Shown: positions 19,092 through 29,479 of the stretch, piece after piece
Layout of the letters: each line of letters begins with the position of its first letter
Position numbering within the stretch: position 1 is the first letter of the stretch
Virus record (IMG/VR): IMGVR_UViG_3300032087_002755
Strand: one strand, 5' to 3'
From: a virus
Length of the DNA: 64,000 nucleotides
The notes under the pieces: generated by a model
Told to the model about the DNA's origin: nothing
What the model saw: the letters and a program-made list of their open reading frames with translations, nothing else
Databases searched by the model: none
Made by a program: the position numbers and the translations under genes

Positions 19092-20627
19092 ATGGAAATT
19101 TTAGGTTTTGAAATAAATCGTAAGAAAGACGATTTAAGAACGACAGAGGACAAGAATCAAAAGTCCTTTGTCCCACCAGTTGACGATGACGGGACTCCCG
19201 TCATTGAACAACAAAGTGGTTTCGTATCGGGTGCAGCCTATGGGTCGTATGTCGATATGGAAGGTGGTGTCAAGAATGAGGCAGAACTCATTCGTAGATA
19301 CCGAGAAACCTCTTTGGTTCCCGAGTGTGATTCGGCAATCGAAGATATAGTCAATGAGTGTATCACTTCTGACACATCAGATAAGATAGTGACCCTTGAC
19401 CTCAGAGATGTAAAACTCTCTGACAGTATCAAATCGAAGATACAAGAAGAGTTTAATCACATCTTATCTCTAATGAAGTTCAATCAGAACTCTCATGAAT
19501 TATTCAGAAAATGGTACGTAGATGGAAGGATATACTTCCATAAGGTTGTTGATAGTAAACGACCTAAGTTAGGATTAGTAGACCTAAGAAATATTGACCC
19601 GATTAAAATTAAGAAGGTTAGAAATATTGAAAAGGAAAAAGACCCTAAGACTAAGATAGATAGAATTAAAAGGGTTGAAGAATTCTTTATGTTTAACGAC
19701 AGAGGATTCGATAAATCTACTGCGACCGAAGGGACGACAGTTAAAATTGCACCTGAAGCTGTAACATATACAACTTCGGGTTTACTTGACTACACTAAAA
19801 ATGTAGTTATCGGGTATCTGCACAAAGCATTGAAGACTGCAAATCAGTTAGCAATGTTGGAAGATGCACTTGTTATCTATAGGATATCAAGAGCTCCCGA
19901 AAGAAGGATATTCTACATTGACGTAGGTAACCTTCCAAAAGCAAAGGCAGAACAGTATCTTGCAGACGTTATGAACCGATACAAAAACAAATTGGTTTAT
20001 AATGCAGATACAGGTGAAATCAAAGACGATAGAAAACATATGAGTATGTTGGAAGATTTTTGGTTACCTAGAAGAGAAGGTGGTAGAGGAACAGAGATTA
20101 CTACACTTCCAGGCGGACAGAATTTAGATGATATTGCAGATATAGAATACTTTAAGAAGAAACTATATCAATCACTAAATGTTCCTGCCTCTAGAATGGA
20201 AGCAGACAATGGATTCAATATGGGTCGTGCGTCTGAAATTTCTAGAGACGAACTTAAATTTAATAAGTTCACAAACAGACTTCAGAAGAAGTTTGCAAGA
20301 GTTTTTACAGATATTCTTAAGACACAATTAGTTCTTAAGGAAATCACAACTGGAGACGAATTTGATGAAATCAAAGACTTTCTTCAGTACGACTTTGCAA
20401 CGGACAACCACTTTACAGAGTTGAAAGATGCAGAGATAATAAGAGAGAGATTAGATACTCTCTCAAATATTTCCGACTATGTTGGGGAGTATTTTTCTAA
20501 AGAATATGTTAGAAAATACATTCTAAGACAGACGGAAGAAGACATTAAATTAATTGATAAACAAATCTCCAAAGAAGGAGAGGGACAATCAGATGAAAAA
20601 GGCGAAGATGACTTCGGAGGATTTTAA
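19092..20627 (+). CDS. gp20: Portal vertex protein gp20
   Basis: 'WYVDGR', 'YRISRAPERRIFYIDVGNLPK.KAEQY', 'EDFWLPRREGGRGTEI.TLPGGQ'. Confidence 0.97.
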   Translation: MEILGFEINRKKDDLRTTEDKNQKSFVPPVDDDGTPVIEQQSGFVSGAAYGSYVDMEGGVKNEAELIRRYRETSLVPECDSAIEDIVNECITSDTSDKIVTLDLRDVKLSDSIKSKIQEEFNHILSLMKFNQNSHELFRKWYVDGRIYFHKVVDSKRPKLGLVDLRNIDPIKIKKVRNIEKEKDPKTKIDRIKRVEEFFMFNDRGFDKSTATEGTTVKIAPEAVTYTTSGLLDYTKNVVIGYLHKALKTANQLAMLEDALVIYRISRAPERRIFYIDVGNLPKAKAEQYLADVMNRYKNKLVYNADTGEIKDDRKHMSMLEDFWLPRREGGRGTEITTLPGGQNLDDIADIEYFKKKLYQSLNVPASRMEADNGFNMGRASEISRDELKFNKFTNRLQKKFARVFTDILKTQLVLKEITTGDEFDEIKDFLQYDFATDNHFTELKDAEIIRERLDTLSNISDYVGEYFSKEYVRKYILRQTEEDIKLIDKQISKEGEGQSDEKGEDDFGGF

Positions 20628-20630
20628 TAA

Positions 20631-20816
20631 ATGAGTAGTGAAATTGCAAAAGAAATAGTCAATTCAATTGAAGCAGGTAAGTTAGATACTGCAAAAGACC
20701 AAGTCTTTGACGGAATCAAACAAAAATCTGCAGAAGCAATCGACATGAAAAGAGTCGAAATGCAAGTAGATTGGATGGATAAATCTCAAGATGAACCGAC
20801 AGGTGAAGCTCAGTAA
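20631..20816 (+). CDS. Small prohead core protein (gp67-like position)
   Basis: GGAGG RBS; synteny between gp20 and gp21. Confidence 0.6.
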   Translation: MSSEIAKEIVNSIEAGKLDTAKDQVFDGIKQKSAEAIDMKRVEMQVDWMDKSQDEPTGEAQ

Positions 20817-21121
20817 TGAAATCGTTTGCAGAAATCAGTGTTGAGTTAAACGAGGCAAAGTTTAAATTACCTCGTGGACACAAAGAACTGAAATCTGATG
20901 TTGTAAAGATTGGTGGTAAGAATATTAAGATTACTTACACCGAGTATAGGGGTAAAGTTCATGTATACGTAGATGGACAGGACTTCGGAGGTGCAACATA
21001 CAAGGATTTAAAATCTGCAGAGACGGAAATGAAATCCATGAAGAGTGTCATAAAACAAATGTCAGAAGAAGAAAATATAGACATAGAGGAAATTTTCAAT
21101 GAAATTAATATCAGAGTTTAA
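20816..21121 (+). CDS. Prohead core / internal head protein (gp68-like position)
   Basis: MKSFAEI..LNE N-terminus; synteny. Confidence 0.55.
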   Translation: MKSFAEISVELNEAKFKLPRGHKELKSDVVKIGGKNIKITYTEYRGKVHVYVDGQDFGGATYKDLKSAETEMKSMKSVIKQMSEEENIDIEEIFNEINIRV

Positions 21122-21752
21122 TGACTACAGTGTTTCTCCAGTAATTATAGAGGAGAACGAAAAAGGACAAAAAGAATACTTTATTGAAGGTATTTTTATG
21201 CAATCCGAAATTAAAAACCGTAACGGAAGAGTATATCCTAAAGAGGTTATGCAGAAAGAAGTAAAACGTTACGTAAAAGAATTCGTTGAAAAGGATAGAG
21301 CATTCGGTGAGTTAGGACACCCCGAAGGGCCGACTATCAATTTAGACAAAGTGTCTCATATGATTACCAAATTAGAAGAAGATGGTAACAATTATGTGGG
21401 ACGTGCAAAGATTTTAAGCACACCAAACGGTCAAATCGTAAGAAATTTAATCGATGACGGTGCTAAATTGGGAGTATCATCTCGTGGACTTGGTTCACTA
21501 GAACAGAAAGGTGGTGCTCAATATGTAAAAGATGACTTTCAACTTGCAACAGCAGGTGATATCGTTGCAGACCCTTCTGCACCTGAAGCTTTCGTTAACG
21601 GAATTATGGAAGGTACAGAGTGGGTATATGAGAACGGATTACTTACTGCAAGACAATTTGACCAAATGCGGGACGAAATACGGTCTGCGAAGTCAAATAA
21701 GTTGGAAGAAGTCACAATTAGACAATGGAAGAGGTTCGTTGAGAGTCTCTAA
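21099..21752 (+). CDS. gp21: Prohead core protease gp21
   Basis: 'NRNGRVYP', 'GELGHP', 'GVSSRGLGSL', 'D.VADPSAP.AFV'. Confidence 0.96.
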   Translation: MKLISEFNDYSVSPVIIEENEKGQKEYFIEGIFMQSEIKNRNGRVYPKEVMQKEVKRYVKEFVEKDRAFGELGHPEGPTINLDKVSHMITKLEEDGNNYVGRAKILSTPNGQIVRNLIDDGAKLGVSSRGLGSLEQKGGAQYVKDDFQLATAGDIVADPSAPEAFVNGIMEGTEWVYENGLLTARQFDQMRDEIRSAKSNKLEEVTIRQWKRFVESL

Positions 21753-21754
21753 CA

Positions 21755-21762
21755 TATAAATA
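21755..21762 (+). promoter_or_regulatory. T4-type late promoter
   Basis: TATAAATA upstream of gp22. Confidence 0.85.
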
Positions 21763-21790
21763 AAAAAGTAAACTCAAACAGGAGAAAAAC

Positions 21791-23143
21791 ATGGCAGAGT
21801 TAGAAACAAACCTAGATACAGTTGAAGAAACTGTAGATGCATTAGAGGAAGGTCAACAGCCTAACGCTAAAGCAGAAGATGGTGACAAGAAGCCAGTAAA
21901 ACAAGGGTCATCCGACGCTGAGAAAATCGAAAGCGGAAAGGGTGATGTCGTCAAACCTGAAGAAAATCCTGTTGACAAAGCTGTTGCATCAGTAAAAGCT
22001 GCTGAGAAAGCTCCTTCTAACGAAGGTGACGCTCAGAAGAAAGGTGCAGACAAACCTGAAAAGATGGAAAAAATCAAAGAAGGTGAAGAAGATTCTAAGA
22101 AAGATGTTGCTACAACATCTAAAATGGAGAACATTAAAGCTATCGTCAACAATATGAAGGAAATGACTAAAGAAGAACTTCAAAAAACTTTTGGTGAAAT
22201 ATCAGAAGACGAAGTTGACGAAACCTTGACAAAAGCAGAAGTCGCTAGAAAAATCGTTGAAACACTTAAATCAATGGACGAAGCACAAGTTGCTAAGTTT
22301 GCTGAGAAGTATGAAGACGAAGAAGAAGAAGAACACGAAGAAGAAGTCAAAGAAGAATCTGTTGACGAGGAAACTTCTGCAGCTCTAGAATCTTCATTAG
22401 TCGAGATAGAAGTAGAAGACGACCTATCTGCAATCTCAGAAGCACTTGACCTTTCAGAAGAAAATCAAGAAAAAGCTAAAACAATCTTCAAAGCAGCTGT
22501 AACATCAAAAGTTACAGAAATTAAAGAACAACTTGAGTCTCAATACTCAGAAGAATTAAAAACCTCAGTAGAGAAAGTTAAAGGTGACCTTGCGGAAGCA
22601 GTTGACAAGTATCTTACTTATTGTGCAGACGAGTGGACGAAAGAAAACGAACTTGCTATAGAAAGAGGTTTGAGGTCTGAGATGACTGAAAACTTTATCG
22701 AAGGATTAAAAACATTGTTCGTAGAACACTATGTTGACGTTCCTGAAGATAAGTATAACGTTATCGATGAACTCGCAAATCGTCTCGATGAGATGGAAGA
22801 AAAACTTGACAGTGAAGTGTCTAAAAACATGGAAATTGTTGAAGAAAACGACCAACTTAAGAGAAGTAACGTGATAAGAGAAGCCTGCAAAGACTTATCT
22901 GAATCACAAAAAGAGAAAATGGAATCATTATCAAATGGTGTAGACTTTAAAGATATCGAAGACTTTCAAGAGAAAGTACAAGAAATCAAAGAAGCTTACT
23001 TCCCAGTTGAAGGTGAGTCCATCTCTGAAGACACTATAATTGAAGAAGGAACTGGTGAAATATCAGAAGATAAAGAACCTGTTTTAGACCCTTCAATTGC
23101 TAGATATTCAGAGGCATTATCAAAACTTAAACCATTAGGTTAA
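21791..23143 (+). CDS. gp22: Prohead core scaffold protein gp22
   Basis: Acidic coiled coil, 'KAKTIFKAAV', 'VDKYLTY..DEW..ENELAIE.GL'. Confidence 0.92.
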   Translation: MAELETNLDTVEETVDALEEGQQPNAKAEDGDKKPVKQGSSDAEKIESGKGDVVKPEENPVDKAVASVKAAEKAPSNEGDAQKKGADKPEKMEKIKEGEEDSKKDVATTSKMENIKAIVNNMKEMTKEELQKTFGEISEDEVDETLTKAEVARKIVETLKSMDEAQVAKFAEKYEDEEEEEHEEEVKEESVDEETSAALESSLVEIEVEDDLSAISEALDLSEENQEKAKTIFKAAVTSKVTEIKEQLESQYSEELKTSVEKVKGDLAEAVDKYLTYCADEWTKENELAIERGLRSEMTENFIEGLKTLFVEHYVDVPEDKYNVIDELANRLDEMEEKLDSEVSKNMEIVEENDQLKRSNVIREACKDLSESQKEKMESLSNGVDFKDIEDFQEKVQEIKEAYFPVEGESISEDTIIEEGTGEISEDKEPVLDPSIARYSEALSKLKPLG

Positions 23144-23163
23144 TTTAAAGGAGAATAAAAACA

Positions 23164-24459
23164 ATGTTTTTATCAGAAAACTTACAAGATAAGTGGTCGC
23201 CGATTCTAGAACACTCCGATTTACCAAAAATCGAAGATAACTACAAACGTGCAGTCACAGCTGTTATCCTTGAAAACCAAGAAAAAGCTCTAAACGAAGA
23301 CAGAGCTACTCTTGCAGAAGCAGCACCTTTAAATTCCACAGGTACAGGTATTTCTAACTGGGATCCAATCTTGATTTCATTAGTAAGACGTGCCATGCCA
23401 AATCTCGTTGCATACGACATTTGCGGTGTTCAACCAATGACCGGCCCAACTGGACTTATATTTGCTATGAAAGCAAGATATAACGATGACGTTGACGCTG
23501 ATAGACTGAATACATCAGAAGCTTTACATAACGAAGCTAGAACTGATTACTCAGCATCTGCTCAAACAACATCAACTTCAGTAGGAAGCGACCACTCAGG
23601 AGACCCATTCAATGGTTCTTATGCGTCACAGACTTCTGCGGGTATGTCTACAGCTTCAGCAGAATCACTAGGTGATGGTGCTGGAAACCATTTTGCTGAA
23701 ATGGCATTCTCAATCGAGAAAGCTACAGTGACAGCAAAGTCAAGAGCACTTAAAGCGGAATATTCATTAGAATTAGCACAAGACCTCAAAGCAATCCACG
23801 GTCTTGATGCAGAATCAGAACTTGCAAACATTCTATCATCAGAAATCCTTGCTGAAATAAACAGGGAAGTTGTGAGAAGTGTTAACAACCAAGCGAAAAC
23901 AGGTGCAGCTGCTACAGCTGTTGCTGGTACTTTCAACTTGGACGTTGATGCTAACGGTAGATGGTCTGTAGAAAAGTTCAAAGGACTATTGTTCCAAATC
24001 GAAAGAGAATCAAATGTTATTGCTAAAGAAACAAGAAGAGGAAAAGGAAACTTTATTCTTTGTTCTTCTGATGTTGCTTCAGCACTATCAATGGCTGGTG
24101 TATTAGATTACGCACCTGCTCTTTCAACCAACTTAAACGTTGACGACACAGGTAATACTTTTGCTGGTGTATTAAACGGAAGAGTTAAAGTATACGTTGA
24201 CCCATATGCGTCTTCAGACTACTTAACAGTTGGTTACAGAGGTTCAAATCCTTATGACGCTGGATTATTCTATTGCCCATACGTTCCATTACAAATGGTT
24301 CGTGCAGTTGGTGAGAATACATTCCAACCAAAAATTGGTTTCAAAACAAGATACGGAATGGTATCTAATCCTTTCGTTGGTTCAACACCAGCAGACGGAC
24401 TTGCTTCAGCAGGAACAAACCAATACTACAGAAAATTTGCAGTATCAAACATTCTGTAA
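23164..24459 (+). CDS. gp23: Major capsid protein gp23
   Basis: 'LVRRAMPNL.AYDICGVQPMTGPTGLIFAM', 'KSRALKAEYSLELAQDLKAIHGLDAE', 'FQPKIGFKTRYG'. Confidence 0.98.
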   Translation: MFLSENLQDKWSPILEHSDLPKIEDNYKRAVTAVILENQEKALNEDRATLAEAAPLNSTGTGISNWDPILISLVRRAMPNLVAYDICGVQPMTGPTGLIFAMKARYNDDVDADRLNTSEALHNEARTDYSASAQTTSTSVGSDHSGDPFNGSYASQTSAGMSTASAESLGDGAGNHFAEMAFSIEKATVTAKSRALKAEYSLELAQDLKAIHGLDAESELANILSSEILAEINREVVRSVNNQAKTGAAATAVAGTFNLDVDANGRWSVEKFKGLLFQIERESNVIAKETRRGKGNFILCSSDVASALSMAGVLDYAPALSTNLNVDDTGNTFAGVLNGRVKVYVDPYASSDYLTVGYRGSNPYDAGLFYCPYVPLQMVRAVGENTFQPKIGFKTRYGMVSNPFVGSTPADGLASAGTNQYYRKFAVSNIL

Positions 24460-24480
24460 TCGAATTAGATTTCGAACTAA

Positions 24481-24506
24481 AGGGGACTTTCGAGTCCCCT
24501 TTTTTT
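24481..24506 (+). terminator. Rho-independent terminator after gp23
   Basis: AGGGGACT-TTCG-AGTCCCCT plus T-run. Confidence 0.92.
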
Positions 24507-24570
24507 ATGCACTAAATAATAGGTAACATTAAGTTACAGACATAAACACACATACACACAGGAGGAAATT

Positions 24571-24786
24571 ATGTCAAACGGAAAATCAGGGTTCGAAATC
24601 AGAGCCGAATTACTAAACCAAGCACAAGGTATACTGGAAGGTAATATCTATCGTAATAACGAGGCAGTTGTTGAACACAATAACAACTTCCCGAATGATA
24701 GAAAACCTTACGGTGACCAATTTGTGTCAACGGAAGACGTTATCTCAGTTGCAAGACAATTAAACGAATTTGTAAACGAGAAGTAA
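24571..24786 (+). CDS. Conserved small hypothetical phage protein
   Basis: Strong AGGAGG RBS, 'KSGFEIRAELL..A' N-terminus, CA-rich leader. Confidence 0.7.
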   Translation: MSNGKSGFEIRAELLNQAQGILEGNIYRNNEAVVEHNNNFPNDRKPYGDQFVSTEDVISVARQLNEFVNEK

Positions 24787-24840
24787 CTATAAATAGTATT
24801 GTGGGGTGGAATGATTCACCCCCTTTAGAAGAGAACAATT

Positions 24841-25059
24841 ATGACAGATTATGAAAGAACAGTGAAAGTTTTAGAAGGGCCGTGGTCAACTAAAGCATTC
24901 CCACAAGGTGAAGAAACAACCGAAGGTATTATTAGTAGAAAAATTACTACACTATATGAAAAGGACGGATATCTATGTGAAGAAATCGTCACTAGAGAAT
25001 ATAGAGATGGTGATTACTTTGACACCTCAGTAAACAAAAGGGTATTAAAACTTGACTGA
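24841..25059 (+). CDS. Hypothetical protein
   Basis: ORF downstream of TATAAATA (24788) and a GGGGTGGA/TTCACCCC hairpin. Confidence 0.6.
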   Translation: MTDYERTVKVLEGPWSTKAFPQGEETTEGIISRKITTLYEKDGYLCEEIVTREYRDGDYFDTSVNKRVLKLD

Positions 25060-25594
25060 AACTGCAATTAACAAGTCTATTCTTAATAAGAATAACTTTA
25101 GATTACTGATTGATAAAGTTCCAACAGTGGAATACTATATTCAATCAGTCAATATCCCAGGCTTATCATTCACTGAAACAATCAGTGCAGCTGGTGTGGG
25201 ATTAGATGCATTTTTCCCAGGCGATAAAGTGTCATTCGAATCACTAAGTGTATCATTTTTAGTAGACGAAGACCTTGCAAACTTTAAAGAGATGTATGAT
25301 TGGATGAATGCAATCGTTCCAGTATCAGACCCTACTGATTATGCAAACTTCACTGGAACACAAAAGACTGCAACGGGTGAGTATAGTAACGTTACTAACG
25401 ACCTTGCACAATATTCAGACATTACAATAGTGGTTAACACTAACAAAAACATACCAAATAAATTTTTTAGATTCCATGATGCATTTCCTATATCTCTTAG
25501 TGGTATAGAATTACAGAGTGGTGCAGAGACCGAGGCAGTGGTTGCTACAGTCGAATTTAGATTTACATATTACGACATAGAATCCACTTCCTAA
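25052..25594 (+). CDS. gp3: Tail tube terminator / completion protein gp3
   Basis: 'YYIQSVNIPG', 'F.VDEDL.N.KE.YDWM', 'F.DAFP.SLSG'. Confidence 0.88.
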   Translation: MTETAINKSILNKNNFRLLIDKVPTVEYYIQSVNIPGLSFTETISAAGVGLDAFFPGDKVSFESLSVSFLVDEDLANFKEMYDWMNAIVPVSDPTDYANFTGTQKTATGEYSNVTNDLAQYSDITIVVNTNKNIPNKFFRFHDAFPISLSGIELQSGAETEAVVATVEFRFTYYDIESTS

Positions 25595-25624
25595 AATACC
25601 ATAAGTGTGGTATAATAGTATATT

Positions 25625-26068
25625 ATGACATTAGATGAAATTAAGAGCCAGTGGGAAAAGGATTGTGAGATAGACGATATCGAACTAGATAAATCGTCTT
25701 TAGAAATACCTAAACTCCATGCAAAATACCAAGACTTACTATCCAGTAAGATACTTGTTATGAAACAATACCAATACAAATATGATACACTTCTAAAGGA
25801 TAAGTGGTTGTGGTATAACGGAAAAATGTCTCAAGAACAAATCAAAGAGTTGGGTTGGTCAGACGACCCTTTAGACGGATTGAAAATTATGAAAACTGAT
25901 TTACAAATCTTCTATAACTCAGATAAAGATATACAAGAACTCAATGCAAAGATTGAGTATTTAAAAGTAACGATAGATTATCTCAAAGAGTGTATGCAAA
26001 ATATCACTTGGAGACACCAAACGATTAAGAATACAATCGATTGGAGAAAATTCATGGCAGGGTCATAA
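25625..26068 (+). CDS. uvsY: Recombination mediator UvsY
   Basis: 'W.KD..ID...LD..SL.IPKLHAKY', 'IKN.IDW.KF.AG'. Confidence 0.9.
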   Translation: MTLDEIKSQWEKDCEIDDIELDKSSLEIPKLHAKYQDLLSSKILVMKQYQYKYDTLLKDKWLWYNGKMSQEQIKELGWSDDPLDGLKIMKTDLQIFYNSDKDIQELNAKIEYLKVTIDYLKECMQNITWRHQTIKNTIDWRKFMAGS

Positions 26069-26745
26069 TGATATATCAAAACTATGTTTGGATTGCAGAG
26101 GCATTCTTTACATCACAAGAAGTTGATTCTATAATCGCATGTGCAAATAAAATAGAATGGGAAGAGGGTAGAGTTGGATTTGCAGCTAATGACCCCGATA
26201 GTGCAGAAGCATCAGGACGTGCTGATGATGAGATTAGAAGGTCAAGTGTTAAATGGTTAACACATGAAATGTTACCACAAGAATTTCATGATAAACTTGC
26301 ACAAGGAGTTCAATTCGCACAAGGAGATAATGCATGGACTTGGGATTTAAGTCATTTTGAAAATTTCCAATTTACACAATATAGTGAACAACCTAATACA
26401 AAAGGTGATTTCTATACATGGCATACAGATTCGGGTCATGTTGGACAGGTACATGGTACAGAAGGCCTTATTCGTAAGTTAAGTTGCACCATTCAATTAT
26501 CAGACCCCGATGAATATGAAGGTGGTCATTTCGAATGGTTAGAACCACATAGTATGTTTGATAGAATAAAACAAGGTGACAAATCTGTAGGTATAGATGC
26601 AATGAAAAGAACTGCACCCTTTAGTGCAAAAACAAGAGGAAGTATTTTATTATTCCCTTCAGACGTTCACCACCAAGTCACCCCAGTCACACGAGGAGCT
26701 CGAACATCACTAGTAGGGTGGTTGTTAGGTACTCCTTTCAAGTAA
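26068..26745 (+). CDS. 2OG-Fe(II) oxygenase (PKHD/P4H-like)
   Basis: 'FYTWHTD', 'RKLSCTIQLSDP.EYEGG', 'FPSDVHHQVTPVTRG.R.SLVGW'. The start is placed at the ATG overlapping the uvsY stop. Confidence 0.85.
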   Translation: MIYQNYVWIAEAFFTSQEVDSIIACANKIEWEEGRVGFAANDPDSAEASGRADDEIRRSSVKWLTHEMLPQEFHDKLAQGVQFAQGDNAWTWDLSHFENFQFTQYSEQPNTKGDFYTWHTDSGHVGQVHGTEGLIRKLSCTIQLSDPDEYEGGHFEWLEPHSMFDRIKQGDKSVGIDAMKRTAPFSAKTRGSILLFPSDVHHQVTPVTRGARTSLVGWLLGTPFK

Positions 26746-26752
26746 AACCAAT

Positions 26753-28198
26753 ATGGTTACAGTAGAAAAATTAGATGATGTCTTTATGAAAGTTCATTGT
26801 GATGATGGACTTGCAAGAGACTTATATGACTTCTTTTCTTATACAGTCCCAGGCGCAAAATTTATGCCTTCTTATAAGAATAAGTATTGGGACGGTAAAG
26901 TCAGACTCTTCTCAATGAAGACAAATAAAATCTATATTGGATTACTTCCATACGTTGACGAATTCTGTAGAGAACGTGGTTATGAGTTTGGTGGTATACA
27001 AGAAGTAATCGGAGACAAAACAACAATTACAGACGAAGACGTAGATTTCTTTATTAATGGTGACGACCTAATCCCAGGCTTGGGTCTTCCATTTCAACCA
27101 CGTGATTATCAAATAGAAGCATTCAAAACTGCAGTGCAATACGGAAGACAGTTATTACTTTCACCAACTGCAAGTGGAAAGTCTTTAATCATTTATATGT
27201 TGTGTAGGTGGTATGAAGGAGAAATGTCTCTACCTAATTGTAAGACTATTATTATCGTTCCCACTACCTCATTGGTAGAACAAATGTCAAAAGATTTCAA
27301 AGAATACGGATACAAAGAACCTATCTGTAAAATCTATCACGGTCAAGAAGTATTTGATGCACCTATTACGGTCACCACATGGCAATCATTCAGTAAAGCT
27401 CCTAAAGAAGTTGTACAGGGATTTGACGTAGTGATAGGGGACGAAGCACATTTATTCAAAGCACAAACACTAAAAGGTATCTTAGAGAAAATGAAACACA
27501 CTAGTGTTCGTTTTGGAACGACTGGAACACTGGACGGGTCAGAAGTTCATAGGTTACAACTTGAAGGTTTGTTCGGCCCTGTAAAAAAAGTCATAACGTC
27601 ATACGAGTTAATGGAAGAAGGTACAATTGCAAATTTGAAGATAGATTGTGTCATACTTCGTCATACTAAAATGAAAAAATTGACATACCAAGAAGAAATG
27701 GATTACTTGGTGTCGAATGATAGTAGAAACAAATTCATAACAAATTTAGTTGCAAGTTTAAAAGGTAATACTTTAGTGTTGTTCCAATATGTACAGAAAC
27801 ATGGTGAAGTCTTATATCCTATGTTAGACGGAAGAGTAAAGGACTTACACTATGTCTATGGTGGAACAGATACAGAAGACAGAGAAACAGTCAGAGAGGT
27901 GGTAGAAAAATCTAACGATAGTGTCATACTAGCGTCATACGGAACTTTTTCTACTGGAGTTAATATAAAGAAAATTGATAATGTAGTTTTTGCAAGTCCT
28001 TCTAAATCAAGGATAAGGAATCTACAATCTATTGGTAGAGGTCTAAGGAAAACTGAAGGTAAGAGTGAAATGAGATTATTTGATATTGCAGACGATTTGC
28101 AATGTGATAATTTCACACTTGGTCACCTTAAGGAACGTATAAATATTTACAACGAGGAAAATTTTTCATACGAAATAAAACAATTTGACTTAGACTAA
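26753..28198 (+). CDS. uvsW: DNA helicase UvsW
   Basis: PRDYQ, SPTASGKS, GDEAH, GTTGT, QSIGRGLR. Confidence 0.95.
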   Translation: MVTVEKLDDVFMKVHCDDGLARDLYDFFSYTVPGAKFMPSYKNKYWDGKVRLFSMKTNKIYIGLLPYVDEFCRERGYEFGGIQEVIGDKTTITDEDVDFFINGDDLIPGLGLPFQPRDYQIEAFKTAVQYGRQLLLSPTASGKSLIIYMLCRWYEGEMSLPNCKTIIIVPTTSLVEQMSKDFKEYGYKEPICKIYHGQEVFDAPITVTTWQSFSKAPKEVVQGFDVVIGDEAHLFKAQTLKGILEKMKHTSVRFGTTGTLDGSEVHRLQLEGLFGPVKKVITSYELMEEGTIANLKIDCVILRHTKMKKLTYQEEMDYLVSNDSRNKFITNLVASLKGNTLVLFQYVQKHGEVLYPMLDGRVKDLHYVYGGTDTEDRETVREVVEKSNDSVILASYGTFSTGVNIKKIDNVVFASPSKSRIRNLQSIGRGLRKTEGKSEMRLFDIADDLQCDNFTLGHLKERINIYNEENFSYEIKQFDLD

Positions 28199-28686
28199 TG
28201 GCAACACCAAACGACTTACTTAAACAAAGATACGAAGTTATCAAACTTAAAACTGGTACAGAGTTTGTAGGAATGGTTAGAGACACAACAGAAGGTCTCG
28301 AAGTTACACTTCCTATGATATGTCATTTATCGGTTCAACAACCAATCAATTCAACACTTGCAACCTTCTATCCTTATGCACCTATGAGTGAAGACCCTAT
28401 CGTCAAAATTCCATTCGACCAAGTCTTACATAGAAGTAATATGAATTCTCAATTTATTCCGTTCTATGACGAAGCTTCTGCAAACTGGTTGAAGATGGTG
28501 GAGACAGGTTCCATTCCATTAACCAATGACTTGAAAGGTGTATCAAGAGAATACATGAAAAAAGCAGTTGACTCTATTCTTAAGAATGTCAAAGACGAAG
28601 ATTTATTTGATGAGTTCTATGAGGAACTAGTAGAGAGTGAGTTTGAAGAAGCTATAAAACCTACCGACCCAAAAAAGATTCATTAG
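28198..28686 (+). CDS. Conserved hypothetical protein downstream of uvsW (Sm-like N-terminus)
   Basis: 'VIKLKTGTEFVG' N-terminus; synteny in T4-like phages. Confidence 0.6.
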   Translation: MATPNDLLKQRYEVIKLKTGTEFVGMVRDTTEGLEVTLPMICHLSVQQPINSTLATFYPYAPMSEDPIVKIPFDQVLHRSNMNSQFIPFYDEASANWLKMVETGSIPLTNDLKGVSREYMKKAVDSILKNVKDEDLFDEFYEELVESEFEEAIKPTDPKKIH

Positions 28687-28770
28687 GATTTCTTTTTTTC
28701 TAAATAAGTGCGTATAATTTAGACTTATATATACTTATACAAAATATTTATAACAACTTTTAGGAAAACC

Positions 28771-28947
28771 ATGACCACAGCAACTTTTTTTGCGAAGAGC
28801 ATGGTACGAAAAGCTAGAGAAGTTAATCATATCATTCGTCCAACAAAACGAAAACTGGTTGACACTATCGAATTTCTAGTGCTGATGACTCTTCCCTTCT
28901 TACTACCCTTCATAGTGATGTATTTCAGTATGTGGAATATATTATGA
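28771..28947 (+). CDS. Small membrane protein, 58 aa (not in ORF track)
   Basis: AGGA RBS. MTTATFFAKSMVRKARE...FLVLMTLPFLLPFIVMYFSMWNIL. ATGA overlap with the next ORF. Confidence 0.65.
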   Translation: MTTATFFAKSMVRKAREVNHIIRPTKRKLVDTIEFLVLMTLPFLLPFIVMYFSMWNIL

Positions 28948-29036
28948 ACTTCGAAAAACTTAGAGATACTTTGGAGATAACTACATTAGTAGGTATCTTC
29001 ATGGTGTCCGTTATATCAATTACAGGAATATCATAA
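28944..29036 (+). CDS. Small membrane peptide, 30 aa (not in ORF track)
   Basis: MNFEKLRDTLEITTLVGIFMVSVISITGIS, coupled by ATGA and TAATG overlaps on both sides. Confidence 0.55.
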   Translation: MNFEKLRDTLEITTLVGIFMVSVISITGIS

Positions 29037-29479
29037 TGAGAGAACTAGGACAAGCATTACTATGCACACTTGCAATAGGTGTGTTTTTTGGATTTAAGAT
29101 ATATCCAAATTTAGAATATACAGGTGGAACTGGAGGACATAGTTGCACGGGTCAGTGTTATGTTGACTATGTTGAACAATTTGGAACTGCTTCAGAGATT
29201 GAACAGAGAAAACAAGAACTTGCAAATGCAGACGAATTCTCTTCTATTAGAGGTCTATGGAGTGGTTGTGCAGCTTGTCACGGTGCAGAAGGTCAAGGTA
29301 TGGGAGTCTTCCCTAAACTTGCTGGTCAAAGTTCAGATTACATTGTAAATAAACTCAATGCATATAAAAACAGAGAAACAGTTGGTAATATGTCTTCTAC
29401 TATGTGGGCACAAGCTGGTATGTTGAGTGATGAAGATATCAATATGATTGGTAAATTCATTGAGGTTGAGTTGAAGTGA
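29036..29479 (+). CDS. Membrane-anchored class I cytochrome c (c553/c4-like domain)
   Basis: CAACH haem motif, 'G.G..PKLAGQ...YI...L.AYK...R', distal Met (MWAQA), N-terminal TM helix. Confidence 0.88.
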   Translation: MRELGQALLCTLAIGVFFGFKIYPNLEYTGGTGGHSCTGQCYVDYVEQFGTASEIEQRKQELANADEFSSIRGLWSGCAACHGAEGQGMGVFPKLAGQSSDYIVNKLNAYKNRETVGNMSSTMWAQAGMLSDEDINMIGKFIEVELK

